Source: Dehalococcoidia bacterium
GTDB taxonomy: Bacteria > Chloroflexota > Dehalococcoidia > UBA2979
DNA length: 64,000 nt
Assembly (NCBI GenBank): GCA_965219085.1
Contig: OZ244720.1
Span: forward strand, 1,728,001-1,792,000
Reading direction: 5' to 3'
Every line of letters begins with the position of its first letter. Position 1 is the first letter of the stretch. The position numbers were made by a program, and so were the translations under genes. The notes beneath the pieces are model-generated. The model did not search any database. It had not been told where the DNA came from and was given only the letters and a program-made list of their open reading frames with translations. Below are positions 9,373 through 19,410 of the stretch, piece after piece.

Positions 9373-11667
9373 CTAGGTCTCGTCCTCCAGCATCTCCATG
9401 ATGCGCGTCGGCGAGGCCGGGACCTGCGTGGGGCGCACGCCAATGGCGTCGCGGATCGCGTTCGTCACCGCCGCCATCGGCGGGATGATGCCCACTTCGC
9501 CCACGCCGCGCACGCCGTAGGGGTGGCCGGGGTTCGGTACCTCGACCACCAGCGCCTCGATCATCGGCAGGTCGAGCGCCGTCGGCATGCGGTAGTCGAG
9601 CAGCGTCGAGTTCACCATGCCGCCGTCGTCGTTGAACAGGTACTCCTCGGTCACGGCCATGCCGACGCCCTGCGCGGCGCCGCCCTGGATCTGCCCCACG
9701 ACGTAATCGCGGTGGATGGCGGTGCCCACGTCCTGGGCGGCGGTGTAGCGCAGGATGTCGACCTTGCCGGTCTCCGGGTCGACCTCGACGTCCACGACGT
9801 GCGTGGCGAAGGCGGGGCCGGCGGTCGTCGGCGAGACGTCGGCGCGGGCCTGAATGAGGCCGCCGGTCGTCTGTAGCTGGCCGGCGAGGTCCTTGAGGCC
9901 CATCTCCTTGCCGTCGGGACCGCGCAGCACGGCGTCGTCGCCGTAGCTCACGGCGTCACGGTCGCACTCCCAGATCACGGCGGTGCGCTCCTCGAGCTTG
10001 CGACGCAACTCCATCGCCGTCTCGTAGACGGCCCAGCCACCCGCGAAGGTGGTGCGGCTGCCGACCGTCGGGAGCGTGTAGCCGACCGAGTCGGTGTTCA
10101 CGATCTGCGGGACGACGTCCTCGTACGGCACGCCCATTGCCTCGGCGAACTGCATCGCCAGCGAGGCGCGGCTGCCGCCGATGTCGGCCGAGCCGATGTT
10201 GAGGCTGAGCCGACCGTCGGCGTTCACCGCCGCGAACGCTGCCGACTCCATGCCCACATTGAACCAGAAGCCGGAGGCGACGCCACGGCCACGGTTCTCG
10301 CCGCTCAGCTCGGAGCGGTAGTGCTCGGAGTCGCGGATGGCCTCGAGGCAAGCGATGTTGCCGATCGGGCCGAATGCGACGCCGTCGACGCGGCGGCCGC
10401 CCTCGACCATCGCGTTCTTCATGCGCAGCTCGACGGGGTCGATGTCGAGCTCATGCGCCATCTCGTCGACCATCGACTCGACGGCCCACTCGGCTGCCGG
10501 AGCGGCCGGTGCGCGGTAGGCCTGCACGCGCGGCTTGTTGACGACGACGTCCCAGCCCACGGCGCGGTACGTCTCGACGTTGTAGGGGGCGGTGGCGCAC
10601 ATCGCGCCGGCGCTGAACGCCGAGCCCGGGTAGGCGCCGGACTCGTACGCGCCCTCCCAGTCGAGGGCCGTGATGGCGCCGTCGCGCTTGGCGCCGATGC
10701 GCACGCGCATGTGCGTACCGGAGGTGGGGCCGGTGCCCTCGAACACCTCGTCGCGACCCATGTACATCTTGACGGGGCGGTGGCCGCTCTCACGCGAGAG
10801 CAGGCAGGCCAGCGGCTCCATGTAGACCGAGGTCTTGCCGCCGAAGCCGCCGCCGATCTCGACGGGGTTCACGCGGATCTTCGAGACGGAGTAGCTCAGC
10901 AGGTGCGAGAGTTGGTCGCGCACCCCGAAGTAGGCCTGGGTGCTGACCCAGACGTTGATCTGGCCGTCCTCGCTCCACAGCGCGGTGCCGTTGTGCGGCT
11001 CGATGTAGCCCTGGTGGTACATCGGCGTGTCGAACTCGCGCTCCAGCACCACGTCCGCCTCGGCGAAGCCGGCGTCGAGGTCACCCTGGGCGAACTCGAT
11101 GCGCTTCGCGACGTTCGAGGGGCGGTTGCCGTACTCCTCGGAGCCCTCGGCGCCGAAGAAGCCGAAGACCTGCTCGGTGACGATGCTGTCGTGGATGACC
11201 GGCGCCTCCGCCTTCATGGCGTACTGGACGTCGGTCACCGCCTCGAGCACCTCGTACTCGACCTCGATCAGGTCGAGGGCGTCCTCGGCGATGTGCGGGT
11301 CGGTGGCGGCGACGGCGGCCACGGCGTGGCCACGGTAGAGCGCCTTGTCGGAGGCGAGCACGTTGTCGAGCACCCAGCGCGCGCTGGCGGTCTCGCCCTC
11401 GCCCATCAGGAGCTCGGTGTCGTCCTGGCGCGGGAAGTCCGCGTTCGTGACGACGGCGGTGACGCCGGGCAGCGCCGCGGCCTTCGAGGCGTCGATCGAG
11501 ACGATGCGGGCGTGGGCGTGCGGGCTGCGCAGCACCCGGCCGTACAGCAGACGCGGCATCCGGATGTCGGCGCCGTAGATCGCCCGTCCGTTGACCTTGT
11601 CGACGCCATCCGGCCGGACCGGGCTGCCGCCCACGACCTTGTACGCCTCGCGTTCAGTAGCGACCAC
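9373..11667 (-). CDS. Xanthine dehydrogenase/aldehyde oxidoreductase family molybdopterin-binding subunit
   Basis: RPDGVDKVNG, LRSPHAHA, IGGGFGGK, AYRAP, GQIQGG and GVRGVGE motifs. Confidence 0.93.
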   Translation of the reverse strand: MVATEREAYKVVGGSPVRPDGVDKVNGRAIYGADIRMPRLLYGRVLRSPHAHARIVSIDASKAAALPGVTAVVTNADFPRQDDTELLMGEGETASARWVLDNVLASDKALYRGHAVAAVAATDPHIAEDALDLIEVEYEVLEAVTDVQYAMKAEAPVIHDSIVTEQVFGFFGAEGSEEYGNRPSNVAKRIEFAQGDLDAGFAEADVVLEREFDTPMYHQGYIEPHNGTALWSEDGQINVWVSTQAYFGVRDQLSHLLSYSVSKIRVNPVEIGGGFGGKTSVYMEPLACLLSRESGHRPVKMYMGRDEVFEGTGPTSGTHMRVRIGAKRDGAITALDWEGAYESGAYPGSAFSAGAMCATAPYNVETYRAVGWDVVVNKPRVQAYRAPAAPAAEWAVESMVDEMAHELDIDPVELRMKNAMVEGGRRVDGVAFGPIGNIACLEAIRDSEHYRSELSGENRGRGVASGFWFNVGMESAAFAAVNADGRLSLNIGSADIGGSRASLAMQFAEAMGVPYEDVVPQIVNTDSVGYTLPTVGSRTTFAGGWAVYETAMELRRKLEERTAVIWECDRDAVSYGDDAVLRGPDGKEMGLKDLAGQLQTTGGLIQARADVSPTTAGPAFATHVVDVEVDPETGKVDILRYTAAQDVGTAIHRDYVVGQIQGGAAQGVGMAVTEEYLFNDDGGMVNSTLLDYRMPTALDLPMIEALVVEVPNPGHPYGVRGVGEVGIIPPMAAVTNAIRDAIGVRPTQVPASPTRIMEMLEDET

Positions 11668-11783
11668 GCGCTTCCTCCTCGTGTGCGCCGCGACGCGCTC
11701 CGGGGTCGCGGCTGGCTTCTTCCGTCAGGTATCGACGTTACGCCCGGCGCTACGGTCCGCACTAGCAGGCTGCGATGCCGGGC

Positions 11784-12191
11784 TTACCCTGCGCGCTGTA
11801 GCTCCATCAGCACGAAGTTCGACGACAGCGGGTGTACCCAGATCGCGTCGGTGTTCGGGACGCGGGTGACGCGGCCGCCGCCGGCCTCGACCTGCTGCGC
11901 GAACGCCTCCGGGTCCGGGACCTCGCAGACGAGCTGGTAGATGCCCTCGCCGTGCGGGTTGAGCGGGTTCACGCGGTCCTGCATCAGTCGGTGGATCGGG
12001 CTGTTCTCGTCGACGGGCGAGATGAGGTGCAGCGCCGTCTCGCCGTTGTAGCCCATCGCCACGAAGCGGAAGTTGCCGATCGCGTTGTGCGCCGGCTCGG
12101 CGAGCGCCTCCATGCCGAAGCGCGCCTTGTGGTTCTCGACGGCCTCTTCGAGGTCGTGGACGGCGACCGTGTGAAACTTGATCTGCAGCAT
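11784..12191 (-). CDS. VOC (glyoxalase/methylmalonyl-CoA epimerase-like) protein
   Basis: ATG at 12191 with a GGAGG SD; HTVAVHDLEEA...GEGIYQL...WVHP....VLMEL. Confidence 0.8.
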   Translation of the reverse strand: MLQIKFHTVAVHDLEEAVENHKARFGMEALAEPAHNAIGNFRFVAMGYNGETALHLISPVDENSPIHRLMQDRVNPLNPHGEGIYQLVCEVPDPEAFAQQVEAGGGRVTRVPNTDAIWVHPLSSNFVLMELQRAG

Positions 12192-12290
12192 GCGTATTCC
12201 TCCCTGCGCAGCGGGGCGTAGTCTACTGGAGGCTCGCGCCACGGGCTTCTCGCCGGCGCCCCGCGGGCGCACCAACCGAGGAGAGACCGC

Positions 12291-13382
12291 ATGACCACGC
12301 TGCTGACTGAGAGCGGCCCGGCCGACATCGAGGCTCGCGCCGACGGCGACGGCCTCTGGCTCGACATCGCCGAGGCCGAGCGCGTGACCGGCTGGGAGCT
12401 GAAGCCGGGAGGCTTCTGCTACGGCCCCGTCTGTATCCCGGTGCCGCCCGGCCGCGACGAGGAGTTCGTCGCCCCCGGCTCGGTCAACATCGCCGGGTTC
12501 TGGCGGCACATGGGCAAGCCCGTGCTCCACGACGACGCCCGCGAGGTGTGGATGCTCGGTCAGGACGCCGCCACGCGCTCCTACGAGATGCTGTCGCTGG
12601 AGGCGCCCGACTTCGCGCTGCCGGACCTCGAAGGCCGCATGCACCGCCTGTCGGACTACCGGGGCAAGCGCGTCCTGCTCGTCACGTGGGCGTCGTGGTG
12701 AGGCTGCCGCTTTGACCTGCCCGTGTGGCAGCGCCTCTACAACGAGCTCGCCGAGCACGACTTCCTCGTCATCACCGTGGCCATGGACAGCCGCGGCGCC
12801 GACGCCGCGCGCGAGTGGGTCGAAGCCGCCGAGCCCACCCACCCGAGCCTCATCGACCGCGACCACGTCGTCTCCGAGCTCTTCCACATGGTCAACGTGC
12901 CGATGGCCGTGTGGATCGACGAAGAGGGCCGCATCGTCCGGCCCGCCGAGTACGCCGGCGCCAACGACGCCTTCCGCGGCCAGGACCGCGAGACCGGCGC
13001 ATGGTCAGACGACGCGTTCCAGGAGATGCGGCGTGCGCGCCTCATTTACATGGACGCGCTGCGTGACTGGGCCGAGCACGGCGCGGCCAGCGAGTTCGCG
13101 TGGGACGAGGCCGAAGCGCGCTCCCACCTGCGGCTGCCCTCGGAGGAGACGGCGCTGGCGAACGCCCACTTCCGTATCGGCCAGCACCTGCGGCAGCGCG
13201 GGCAACTCGAGGAGGGCGAACGGTTCCTCGTGGAGGCGAAGCGGCTGTCGCCCGACAACTGGAACATCTGGCGGCAGGCGTGGAACCTGGAGGACGCGCC
13301 GGTGAGCGTCTTCTGGGAGCGTGTCGACGCCCTCGGCGATCAGCGCTACAGCCTGCCGATCGACATGCCGGGCATCGCGTAG
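12291..13382 (+). CDS. Thioredoxin-fold (ResA/TlpA-like) selenoprotein with a WASW-U-GC motif; UGA at 12699-12701 read as Sec
   Basis: ORF 12291-12701 ends APDFALPDLEG..LSDYRGKRVLLVTWASW*. It continues in frame as GCRFDLPVWQ into ORF 12723-13382. The TGA sits at the redox Cys position and a hairpin follows. Confidence 0.88.
12702..12733 (+). promoter_or_regulatory. Candidate bacterial SECIS hairpin
   Basis: Directly 3' of the UGA, GCTGCCGC...GTGGCAGC can pair; an alternative apical stem is CTGCC-CGTGT-GGCAG. Confidence 0.55.
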
Positions 13383-13509
13383 GGACGTCGTTCTGGCTTG
13401 CATGAGCCGAGCCGGGGGAGTAGACAGAACGGGGCACCGCCTAGCGCGTTGTTCACGTAGGATCGCGCTGGTGGATGCATAGAGAGCATCTTCAACAGGG
13501 GGGCATTAT

Positions 13510-15378
13510 ATGACGGAATATAGCGACGAAGGTCGCGACTGGACGACGATGTTCGGCAACTTCACCAGTCGGCGCACGCTGCTGCGAGGCAGCGCCATCG
13601 GCGTGGCCGGCCTCGCCGCTGCCGCCCTCGTGGGTTGCGGTGGCGACGACGATGATGACGACGACACCGCCAGTTCGTCGCGCGGCTCGACCAGTACGAC
13701 GACGACCACATCGACCACTTCGAGCAGCACGACCACGACGGCCGCGACCAGCGACGACGACGACTCGGCAGACGAGACGGTCGCCCGCTCCATGGGCGAG
13801 CTGATCCAGGACCCGAGCCTGCCGTTCCCGTACAACTTCCCGGAGCCGGACAAGGAGCCGAAGGCGGGCGGCACGATCATCTCGAGCGCCAGCACCGACA
13901 TCTCCACGTTCGACTCGACGAAGACGGCGGCGAGCGGCACGGGCCGCTACGTCAACATGGTCTACGACCGGATCCTCGGATTTAACCGTGGCGTCGACCT
14001 GCACCCGGCGAACATCGAGATCGAGCCGGAGCTCGCGCACTCGTGGGAACGCTCGCCGGACGGGCTGACCTTCACGTTCCACCTGCGCGACGACGTCTAC
14101 TGGCAGAACGTGGCGCCGCTCAACGGCCGCCAGTTCATCGCCTCGGACGTCAAGTTCGCCTACGAGCGTTATGCGACCGAGGGTGTGCACCAGGCGTACT
14201 GGGTCAACTCGGCCAGCGTCGACGCGCCCGACAACCAGACGGTGACGGTTACGCTGGCTCGCGCCATCGCGGACTTCATCCGCCCGCTCGCGAGTTGCTA
14301 CCAGTCGATCCACCCGCGCGAGCTCGTCGACAGTGGCCAGATCGAGCAGACCGCGGTGGGCACCGGGCCGATGATCCTCGAAGAGGCGATCACCTCGGAG
14401 AAGGTCACGTACAGCACGAACCCGGACTTCTGGGAGAAGCCCGTACTGGTCGACGGCATCGAGTTCCGGCACCTCCCGGACGGCGCGGGGCGGCTCGCCG
14501 CCTTCCGTGCCGGACAGGTCGCCACGGGCGAAGGCATCGTCGGTAACCTCCGCGAGGTCGAGAACCTGCTCGAGACCAACCCGGACACGCAGATCAACCT
14601 GACCGCGCTCACCAACGGCCAGGGGTTCGCGATGAACCTCGCGAACCCGAAGTACCAGGACGAGCGCGTGCGCCAGGCGATCTCGCTGGCGATCGACCGC
14701 GACCTGCTGATGGCGATCCTGTACCAGGGTCTTGGCCAGGTCCTGCACTCGATCCCGTGGCTCTTCGTCTGGGACGAGCAGCCGACCATCGAGAACGGCA
14801 ACCTTGGACCGTGGACACGCTTCGACCCGGCCGAGTCCAGGAAGTTGCTGGCTGCCGCCGGTGCTGAGGGGCTGGAGATGAAGAACATCTTCTTCCCGTA
14901 CTCCTCGGCGTACGAGCAGACCCCCGACATCCTCACGGACATGTTCGCCGACGTCGGCATCACGATGACGGGCGGCGCGGCCGACTACACCGAGTTCAAC
15001 TCGCAGTGGGTGGGCCGCAACCTCGAGGACGTGTCGACCGCCGGTTGGGGCACCATCGGCTTCGACGCGGAGAACTACTTCTACAACTCGATGCACTCGA
15101 CGGCTCCGGGGAACCGCTGGCGGTTCAACGACCCGAAGCTCGACGAGCTCACCGAGGCGCAGCAGATCGAGCTCGATCCCGACGCCCGCAAGGCGATCTT
15201 CCAGGAGATCTGGGGGTACGAGTTGGAGAAGGCCTACCGCCCGGTCATCGGCGGCGGCGCCGGCTTCTATGTCTACCAGCCGTGGCTGCGTGGCATCCGC
15301 TTCGGCGGTGCGCTCTCCACGACGAACATCTACCAGGACTGGGGCGACATCATCGCCGACGGCTGGATCGACAAGTAA
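13510..15378 (+). CDS. ABC transporter solute-binding protein, family 5 (Tat lipoprotein); paralog of 7447-9261
   Basis: RRTLL, LVGC lipobox, poly-Asp/Thr linker, PELAHSWE and VGTGP; shares the YQPWLRG...W.DK end with the paralog. Confidence 0.92.
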   Translation: MTEYSDEGRDWTTMFGNFTSRRTLLRGSAIGVAGLAAAALVGCGGDDDDDDDTASSSRGSTSTTTTTSTTSSSTTTTAATSDDDDSADETVARSMGELIQDPSLPFPYNFPEPDKEPKAGGTIISSASTDISTFDSTKTAASGTGRYVNMVYDRILGFNRGVDLHPANIEIEPELAHSWERSPDGLTFTFHLRDDVYWQNVAPLNGRQFIASDVKFAYERYATEGVHQAYWVNSASVDAPDNQTVTVTLARAIADFIRPLASCYQSIHPRELVDSGQIEQTAVGTGPMILEEAITSEKVTYSTNPDFWEKPVLVDGIEFRHLPDGAGRLAAFRAGQVATGEGIVGNLREVENLLETNPDTQINLTALTNGQGFAMNLANPKYQDERVRQAISLAIDRDLLMAILYQGLGQVLHSIPWLFVWDEQPTIENGNLGPWTRFDPAESRKLLAAAGAEGLEMKNIFFPYSSAYEQTPDILTDMFADVGITMTGGAADYTEFNSQWVGRNLEDVSTAGWGTIGFDAENYFYNSMHSTAPGNRWRFNDPKLDELTEAQQIELDPDARKAIFQEIWGYELEKAYRPVIGGGAGFYVYQPWLRGIRFGGALSTTNIYQDWGDIIADGWIDK

Positions 15379-15412
15379 GTCGGAGCCCCTTCGGGGACTC
15401 GGGAACACACGC

Positions 15413-15438
15413 GGGAGCCGGCCAACTGGCCGGCTCCC
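15413..15438 (+). terminator. Hairpin after the solute-binding protein gene
   Basis: GGGAGCCGGCCA-AC-TGGCCGGCTCCC followed by TGCTTGT. Confidence 0.65.
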
Positions 15439-15530
15439 TGCTTGTGTCTCCCGTAGACGGCTCACCTCGCAGGTTCGACGAGCATTGATGCGCTCGCCCG
15501 AGCGAGCCCAGTGACCGGAAGGCGAGCGCG

Positions 15531-16832
15531 ATGGGGCGGCTGAGGGGCGTCTACTTCGGGTACTACGTGATCGCGGCGCTGTTCATCGCCGAGATCGCGG
15601 TGACCGGGGTCAGCTTCTACTCCTTCAGCCTGTTCATCACCGCCTGGCAGGACGACCCGACCCTCGCGTGGTCCCTCACCGCGATCAACGGCTCCTTCCT
15701 GGTGGGGTTACCGCTCGCCCTCACCAGCCCGCTGCTCGGCCGCTTCATCGACGAGCGCGGAGCGCGGCTGGCGATGCTGCTCGGCGTGCCGCTGATCGGC
15801 GGCACGTTCCTGCTCGAGGCGTTCATGACGGAGATCTGGCACCTCTGGGTGGCCCAGGGGTTGCTGATCACTGGCCAGTCGGCGGCGTTCCTCGGCACGG
15901 GCAAGCTCGTCGGGCTGTGGTTCGACACCGATCGCGGCCGGATGATGGGCATCGCCCTCGCCGGCAACAACGCCGGCGGCGTGATCATGGCGCCGATGTC
16001 CGCGATCTTCATCGACGCCTTCGGCTGGCGGACGACCGTATTCGTCTTCGGCGTCGCGATCATCGCTGTCAACTCGCTGCTGATCTGGCTGTGGGTCCGC
16101 GACAAGCCCGAGGACGTGATCGCCGAGGCACGCCGTGTCGGCCGCGAGCGCGAGGCCCAGACCGCCGAGGCACTGCTCGCGGCGACGACGTCCGGGTCCA
16201 GCGCCGACGCAGGCGACACTCGGCCTGCCACGAGCCAGGGCGTGACGTGGCAGCAGAGCCTGCGCATGCCCGCGTTCTGGCTGCTCACGGTCGCCTTCGT
16301 GGCCACGTTCGCCTCGATCTTCGCGGTGTTGAACCAGCTCGGGAAACACCTCGAAATCGTCGGGATCAGTACCGCGACGGCGGGCGGAGCGCTGGGACTC
16401 CTTGGCGCGTTCGGGTTCATGGGGAAGCTGATCTTCGGGTTCGCGTCGGAGCGGTTCCCCTCGCGCTACGGGTTCGCGGCGGTCTGCGTCTTGCAGATGT
16501 GTGGGATCGTGATCCTGCTGCTACTGCGAACGCCTGGGGAGTTGTGGCTGCTTTGGCCGTTCGTCGCGGTCTACGGCGTCGGCTTCGGCGCGGTGGGGGC
16601 GCTGATGCCGCTGGTGGTGGCGGACACCTTCGGGCTCTATGCCTACGCGACGATCTTCGGCGCGCAGCAGCTCATCCTGCGCATCGTGAACGGCGGGCTG
16701 CCGCCCGTCGTGGGGTGGTCCGTGGACTACACCGGCACGTACGAGGCGGCGTTCGTCGCCACGATCTTCGCGCTGCTGGTCGGCGCCGTCGCGGTCGTCT
16801 TCGCGCGGACGGAGGCGACGCCGGCGAGGTGA
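15531..16832 (+). CDS. MFS transporter
   Basis: About 12 hydrophobic segments, GRFIDERGAR motif A, and WF...RG...GI. Confidence 0.9.
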   Translation: MGRLRGVYFGYYVIAALFIAEIAVTGVSFYSFSLFITAWQDDPTLAWSLTAINGSFLVGLPLALTSPLLGRFIDERGARLAMLLGVPLIGGTFLLEAFMTEIWHLWVAQGLLITGQSAAFLGTGKLVGLWFDTDRGRMMGIALAGNNAGGVIMAPMSAIFIDAFGWRTTVFVFGVAIIAVNSLLIWLWVRDKPEDVIAEARRVGREREAQTAEALLAATTSGSSADAGDTRPATSQGVTWQQSLRMPAFWLLTVAFVATFASIFAVLNQLGKHLEIVGISTATAGGALGLLGAFGFMGKLIFGFASERFPSRYGFAAVCVLQMCGIVILLLLRTPGELWLLWPFVAVYGVGFGAVGALMPLVVADTFGLYAYATIFGAQQLILRIVNGGLPPVVGWSVDYTGTYEAAFVATIFALLVGAVAVVFARTEATPAR

Positions 16833-16870
16833 GGGGCGGCGGGGCGAGCAGGTAAGGTGCGGTTGTTCCC

Positions 16871-17089
16871 GTGGAGTTGCGGTTTACGTGGAACGCGCGC
16901 CAGGCAATGGACAGGCGGCGTATCGACCAGGCGGTAGTAGAAGCCGTGATCGACCGGGCCCGCTCGGTGGAGATCGGGCCAACGGCGGTCATCTATGATG
17001 GGGATGTAGAGGGCCGCCTCATTCGCGTCGTGATCGCGCGCGGATCGAGCCCGGCGCTCGTGATCACAGTGCATGAGCGGGATCGCTGA
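16871..17089 (+). CDS. DUF4258-like (BrnT/RelE-like) putative toxin
   Basis: 72 aa: FTWNARQAMDRRRI...IRVVI...LVITVH; directly upstream of a DUF2283-like gene. Confidence 0.65.
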   Translation: MELRFTWNARQAMDRRRIDQAVVEAVIDRARSVEIGPTAVIYDGDVEGRLIRVVIARGSSPALVITVHERDR

Positions 17090-17341
17090 GTGACTGCAAT
17101 GGAAGTTCGATACGATCCCGAAGCCGACGCAATCTACGTCACGCTCCGTGAGCATCACGGTCGGTTGCAGTCACGCAATGCAGGGGACTGGCGTCGCGTC
17201 ATCGACTACGACGACGCGGGCGAGCCGGTCGGCGTCGAACTCCTGGCCGTCAGCACCGGGCTCGATCTTGACGGGCTCCCGGAGGCCGAGGCGATTGGCA
17301 AGGCGATCCGCTCGTTTCCGCGCCTGGAGGTCTCGCCTTAG
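17090..17341 (+). CDS. DUF2283-like putative antitoxin
   Basis: MEVRYDPEADAIYVTL...IDYDDAGEPVGVELL. The start may be the ATG at 17099. Confidence 0.8.
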   Translation: MTAMEVRYDPEADAIYVTLREHHGRLQSRNAGDWRRVIDYDDAGEPVGVELLAVSTGLDLDGLPEAEAIGKAIRSFPRLEVSP

Positions 17342-18234
17342 GTGCCTCGCAGGCGCGGGTCCAGGACGTCCCGGACCACGTCGCCGAGCAGGTTGAACGC
17401 AAGCACCGTGAGCGCGATCGCGAGGCCCGGGAAGATCGCCAGCCACGGCGCCTCTTCCATGTAGCGGCGCCCCGTACCCGACAGCATCAGGCCCCACGAC
17501 GGCTCCGGCGGCTGCGTCGACAGGCCGAGGAAGCTCAGCCCCGCCTCGATCAGGATCGCGTTGCCGAGCGACGCCGAGATCAGGATCAGGATCGGCGCCA
17601 CCACGTTCGGCAGTACGTGCCGGATCATGATGCGCTGTGGCGACGCGCCGATGGTGAGTGCGGCCTCGACGTAGACGTTCTGCTTGACTGACAGCACCGC
17701 CCCGCGCACAACGCGCGACTGGAACGGGATGATGACGATTGCGATCGCGAGCAGCGCGTTCGTGGTGCTCGTGCCCAGGACGGCCACGAGCGACATTGCG
17801 AGGACGATGCCGGGGAAGGCCAGCACGGCGTCGACGATGCGCTGGATCACCATGTCGATCCACCCGCCGGCGAACCCGCTCACCAGCCCAACCAGCGCCC
17901 CGCCCAGAGAGCCCAGGGCCACCGCCAGGAAGCCGACGTACAGGGAAATCCTCGAGCCATGCAGGATGCGGCTGAACATGTCCCGACCAAGGTCGTCGGT
18001 GCCGAAGAAGTGGGTGGAGCTCGGCGCCTGGAACGTGTCGATCGAGATCCCAATCGGGTCGTACGGCGCCACGTACGGGGCCGACAGGGCGGAGAGGGCC
18101 AGGACAGCGATGACGACTGCCGAGGCCGCCCCAAGGGGCTTGCGCAGCACGCGCACCGTCGAGTCGATGGCCCAGTGACGTTGTCCGCTCGGGCCTGCCG
18201 CGGTGAAGCTGACGGGTTCTATGAGGGTGCTCAT
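17338..18234 (-). CDS. Peptide/nickel ABC transporter permease (DppC/OppC-type)
   Basis: FGTDDLGRD, YVEAALTIGAS (EAA loop), EAGLSFLGL and DVLDPR motifs. Confidence 0.93.
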   Translation of the reverse strand: MSTLIEPVSFTAAGPSGQRHWAIDSTVRVLRKPLGAASAVVIAVLALSALSAPYVAPYDPIGISIDTFQAPSSTHFFGTDDLGRDMFSRILHGSRISLYVGFLAVALGSLGGALVGLVSGFAGGWIDMVIQRIVDAVLAFPGIVLAMSLVAVLGTSTTNALLAIAIVIIPFQSRVVRGAVLSVKQNVYVEAALTIGASPQRIMIRHVLPNVVAPILILISASLGNAILIEAGLSFLGLSTQPPEPSWGLMLSGTGRRYMEEAPWLAIFPGLAIALTVLAFNLLGDVVRDVLDPRLRGT

Positions 18235-18262
18235 GAATAACGCTCCGTCTGTCCGTCGCGCG

Positions 18263-19213
18263 TCACTGGTAGCGGATCCGCGGGTCGATGATCGCGTACG
18301 AGAGGTCCACGATGAGGTTCGCGGCGACGAAGATGACGGCCATCACCATCACGGTGCCCTGGAGCACGGGGTAGTCGCGTAGCAGCACCGCATTGAGCGC
18401 GAGCCGCCCCATCCCGGGCAGCGCAAATATGGTCTCGATCACCACCAGGCCGCCCAGCATGAAGCTCAGCAGACCGCCGAAGATCGTGATCACGGGGATC
18501 AGCGCGTTCTTGAGCGCATGCCGGATCACAATGGTGCGTTCCTGGAGCCCCTTCGCGCGCGCAGTGCGCACGTAGTCCTCGCGCAGCACTTCGAGCATCG
18601 CCGATCGCGTCATGCGCGAGGCCGTGGCGGAGAGCCGGTAGCCGACGATGACAGCGGGGAAGATCAACGCCTGCAGGTTGCGGCTGGGATCCTCCCACAG
18701 CGGGAAGTAGCCGAACTCGGGGAGCCAGCCGATCCAGAGCGTGAGCGCCAGCAGCAGCATCGTTGCAAGCCAGAAGTCCGGCATCGATAACCCGATGATG
18801 GCGAAGAGCCGCGCCCCGTAGTCGGGAATAGAGTCCTGTTTAACGGCGGAGATCACCCCCAACGGGATCGCGATCCCGATCGAGATCACGATCGCCATGA
18901 TCGCGATCTGGATCGAGACGCGCATGCGCGCGGCAATCGTCGGGAGCACGGGGTCGCCGTCCCACAGCGACTCGCCGAAGTCGCCGCGGACGACCCCGCT
19001 CGCCCAGTCGATGTACTGCACCACGAACGGGCGGTCGATGCCCAGTTCGGCGCGCATCTTGGCGAGCTCCTCGTCGTTGGCGTAGCCACCCTCGGCGAGG
19101 CGCGCCATGACGACGTCGCCCGGTACCAGCCGGACGAGCGAGAAGATGATGACGGAGACAAGGACCAGGGAGGGAATCGCAGACAGCAGTCTGCGGATGA
19201 TGTACTCGGTCAC
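18263..19213 (-). CDS. Peptide/nickel ABC transporter permease (DppB/OppB-type)
   Basis: YIIRRLL, DYVRTARAKGL, HALKNALIP and DPRIRY motifs. Confidence 0.93.
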   Translation of the reverse strand: MTEYIIRRLLSAIPSLVLVSVIIFSLVRLVPGDVVMARLAEGGYANDEELAKMRAELGIDRPFVVQYIDWASGVVRGDFGESLWDGDPVLPTIAARMRVSIQIAIMAIVISIGIAIPLGVISAVKQDSIPDYGARLFAIIGLSMPDFWLATMLLLALTLWIGWLPEFGYFPLWEDPSRNLQALIFPAVIVGYRLSATASRMTRSAMLEVLREDYVRTARAKGLQERTIVIRHALKNALIPVITIFGGLLSFMLGGLVVIETIFALPGMGRLALNAVLLRDYPVLQGTVMVMAVIFVAANLIVDLSYAIIDPRIRYQ

Positions 19214-19388
19214 GAGGCGCGCTCCCTCGAAGGCCGCAACCCCCGGACGGTCCCACGGGTAGAGTTAGACCGCATTGTATGCCCATGGGGACGGCTCGCG
19301 CGATTGCGCAGAGCGTTCGAGACATCGCGCATAACAGATCGTTCGCAGCGCGAAGCCGTGTTGGTGCAAGCAGGAGCCGGACACACAT

Positions 19389-19410
19389 CGGGCCCCATCA
19401 CTGGGGCCCG
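19389..19410. terminator. Intergenic hairpin
   Basis: CGGGCCCCA-TCAC-TGGGGCCCG. Confidence 0.5.
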
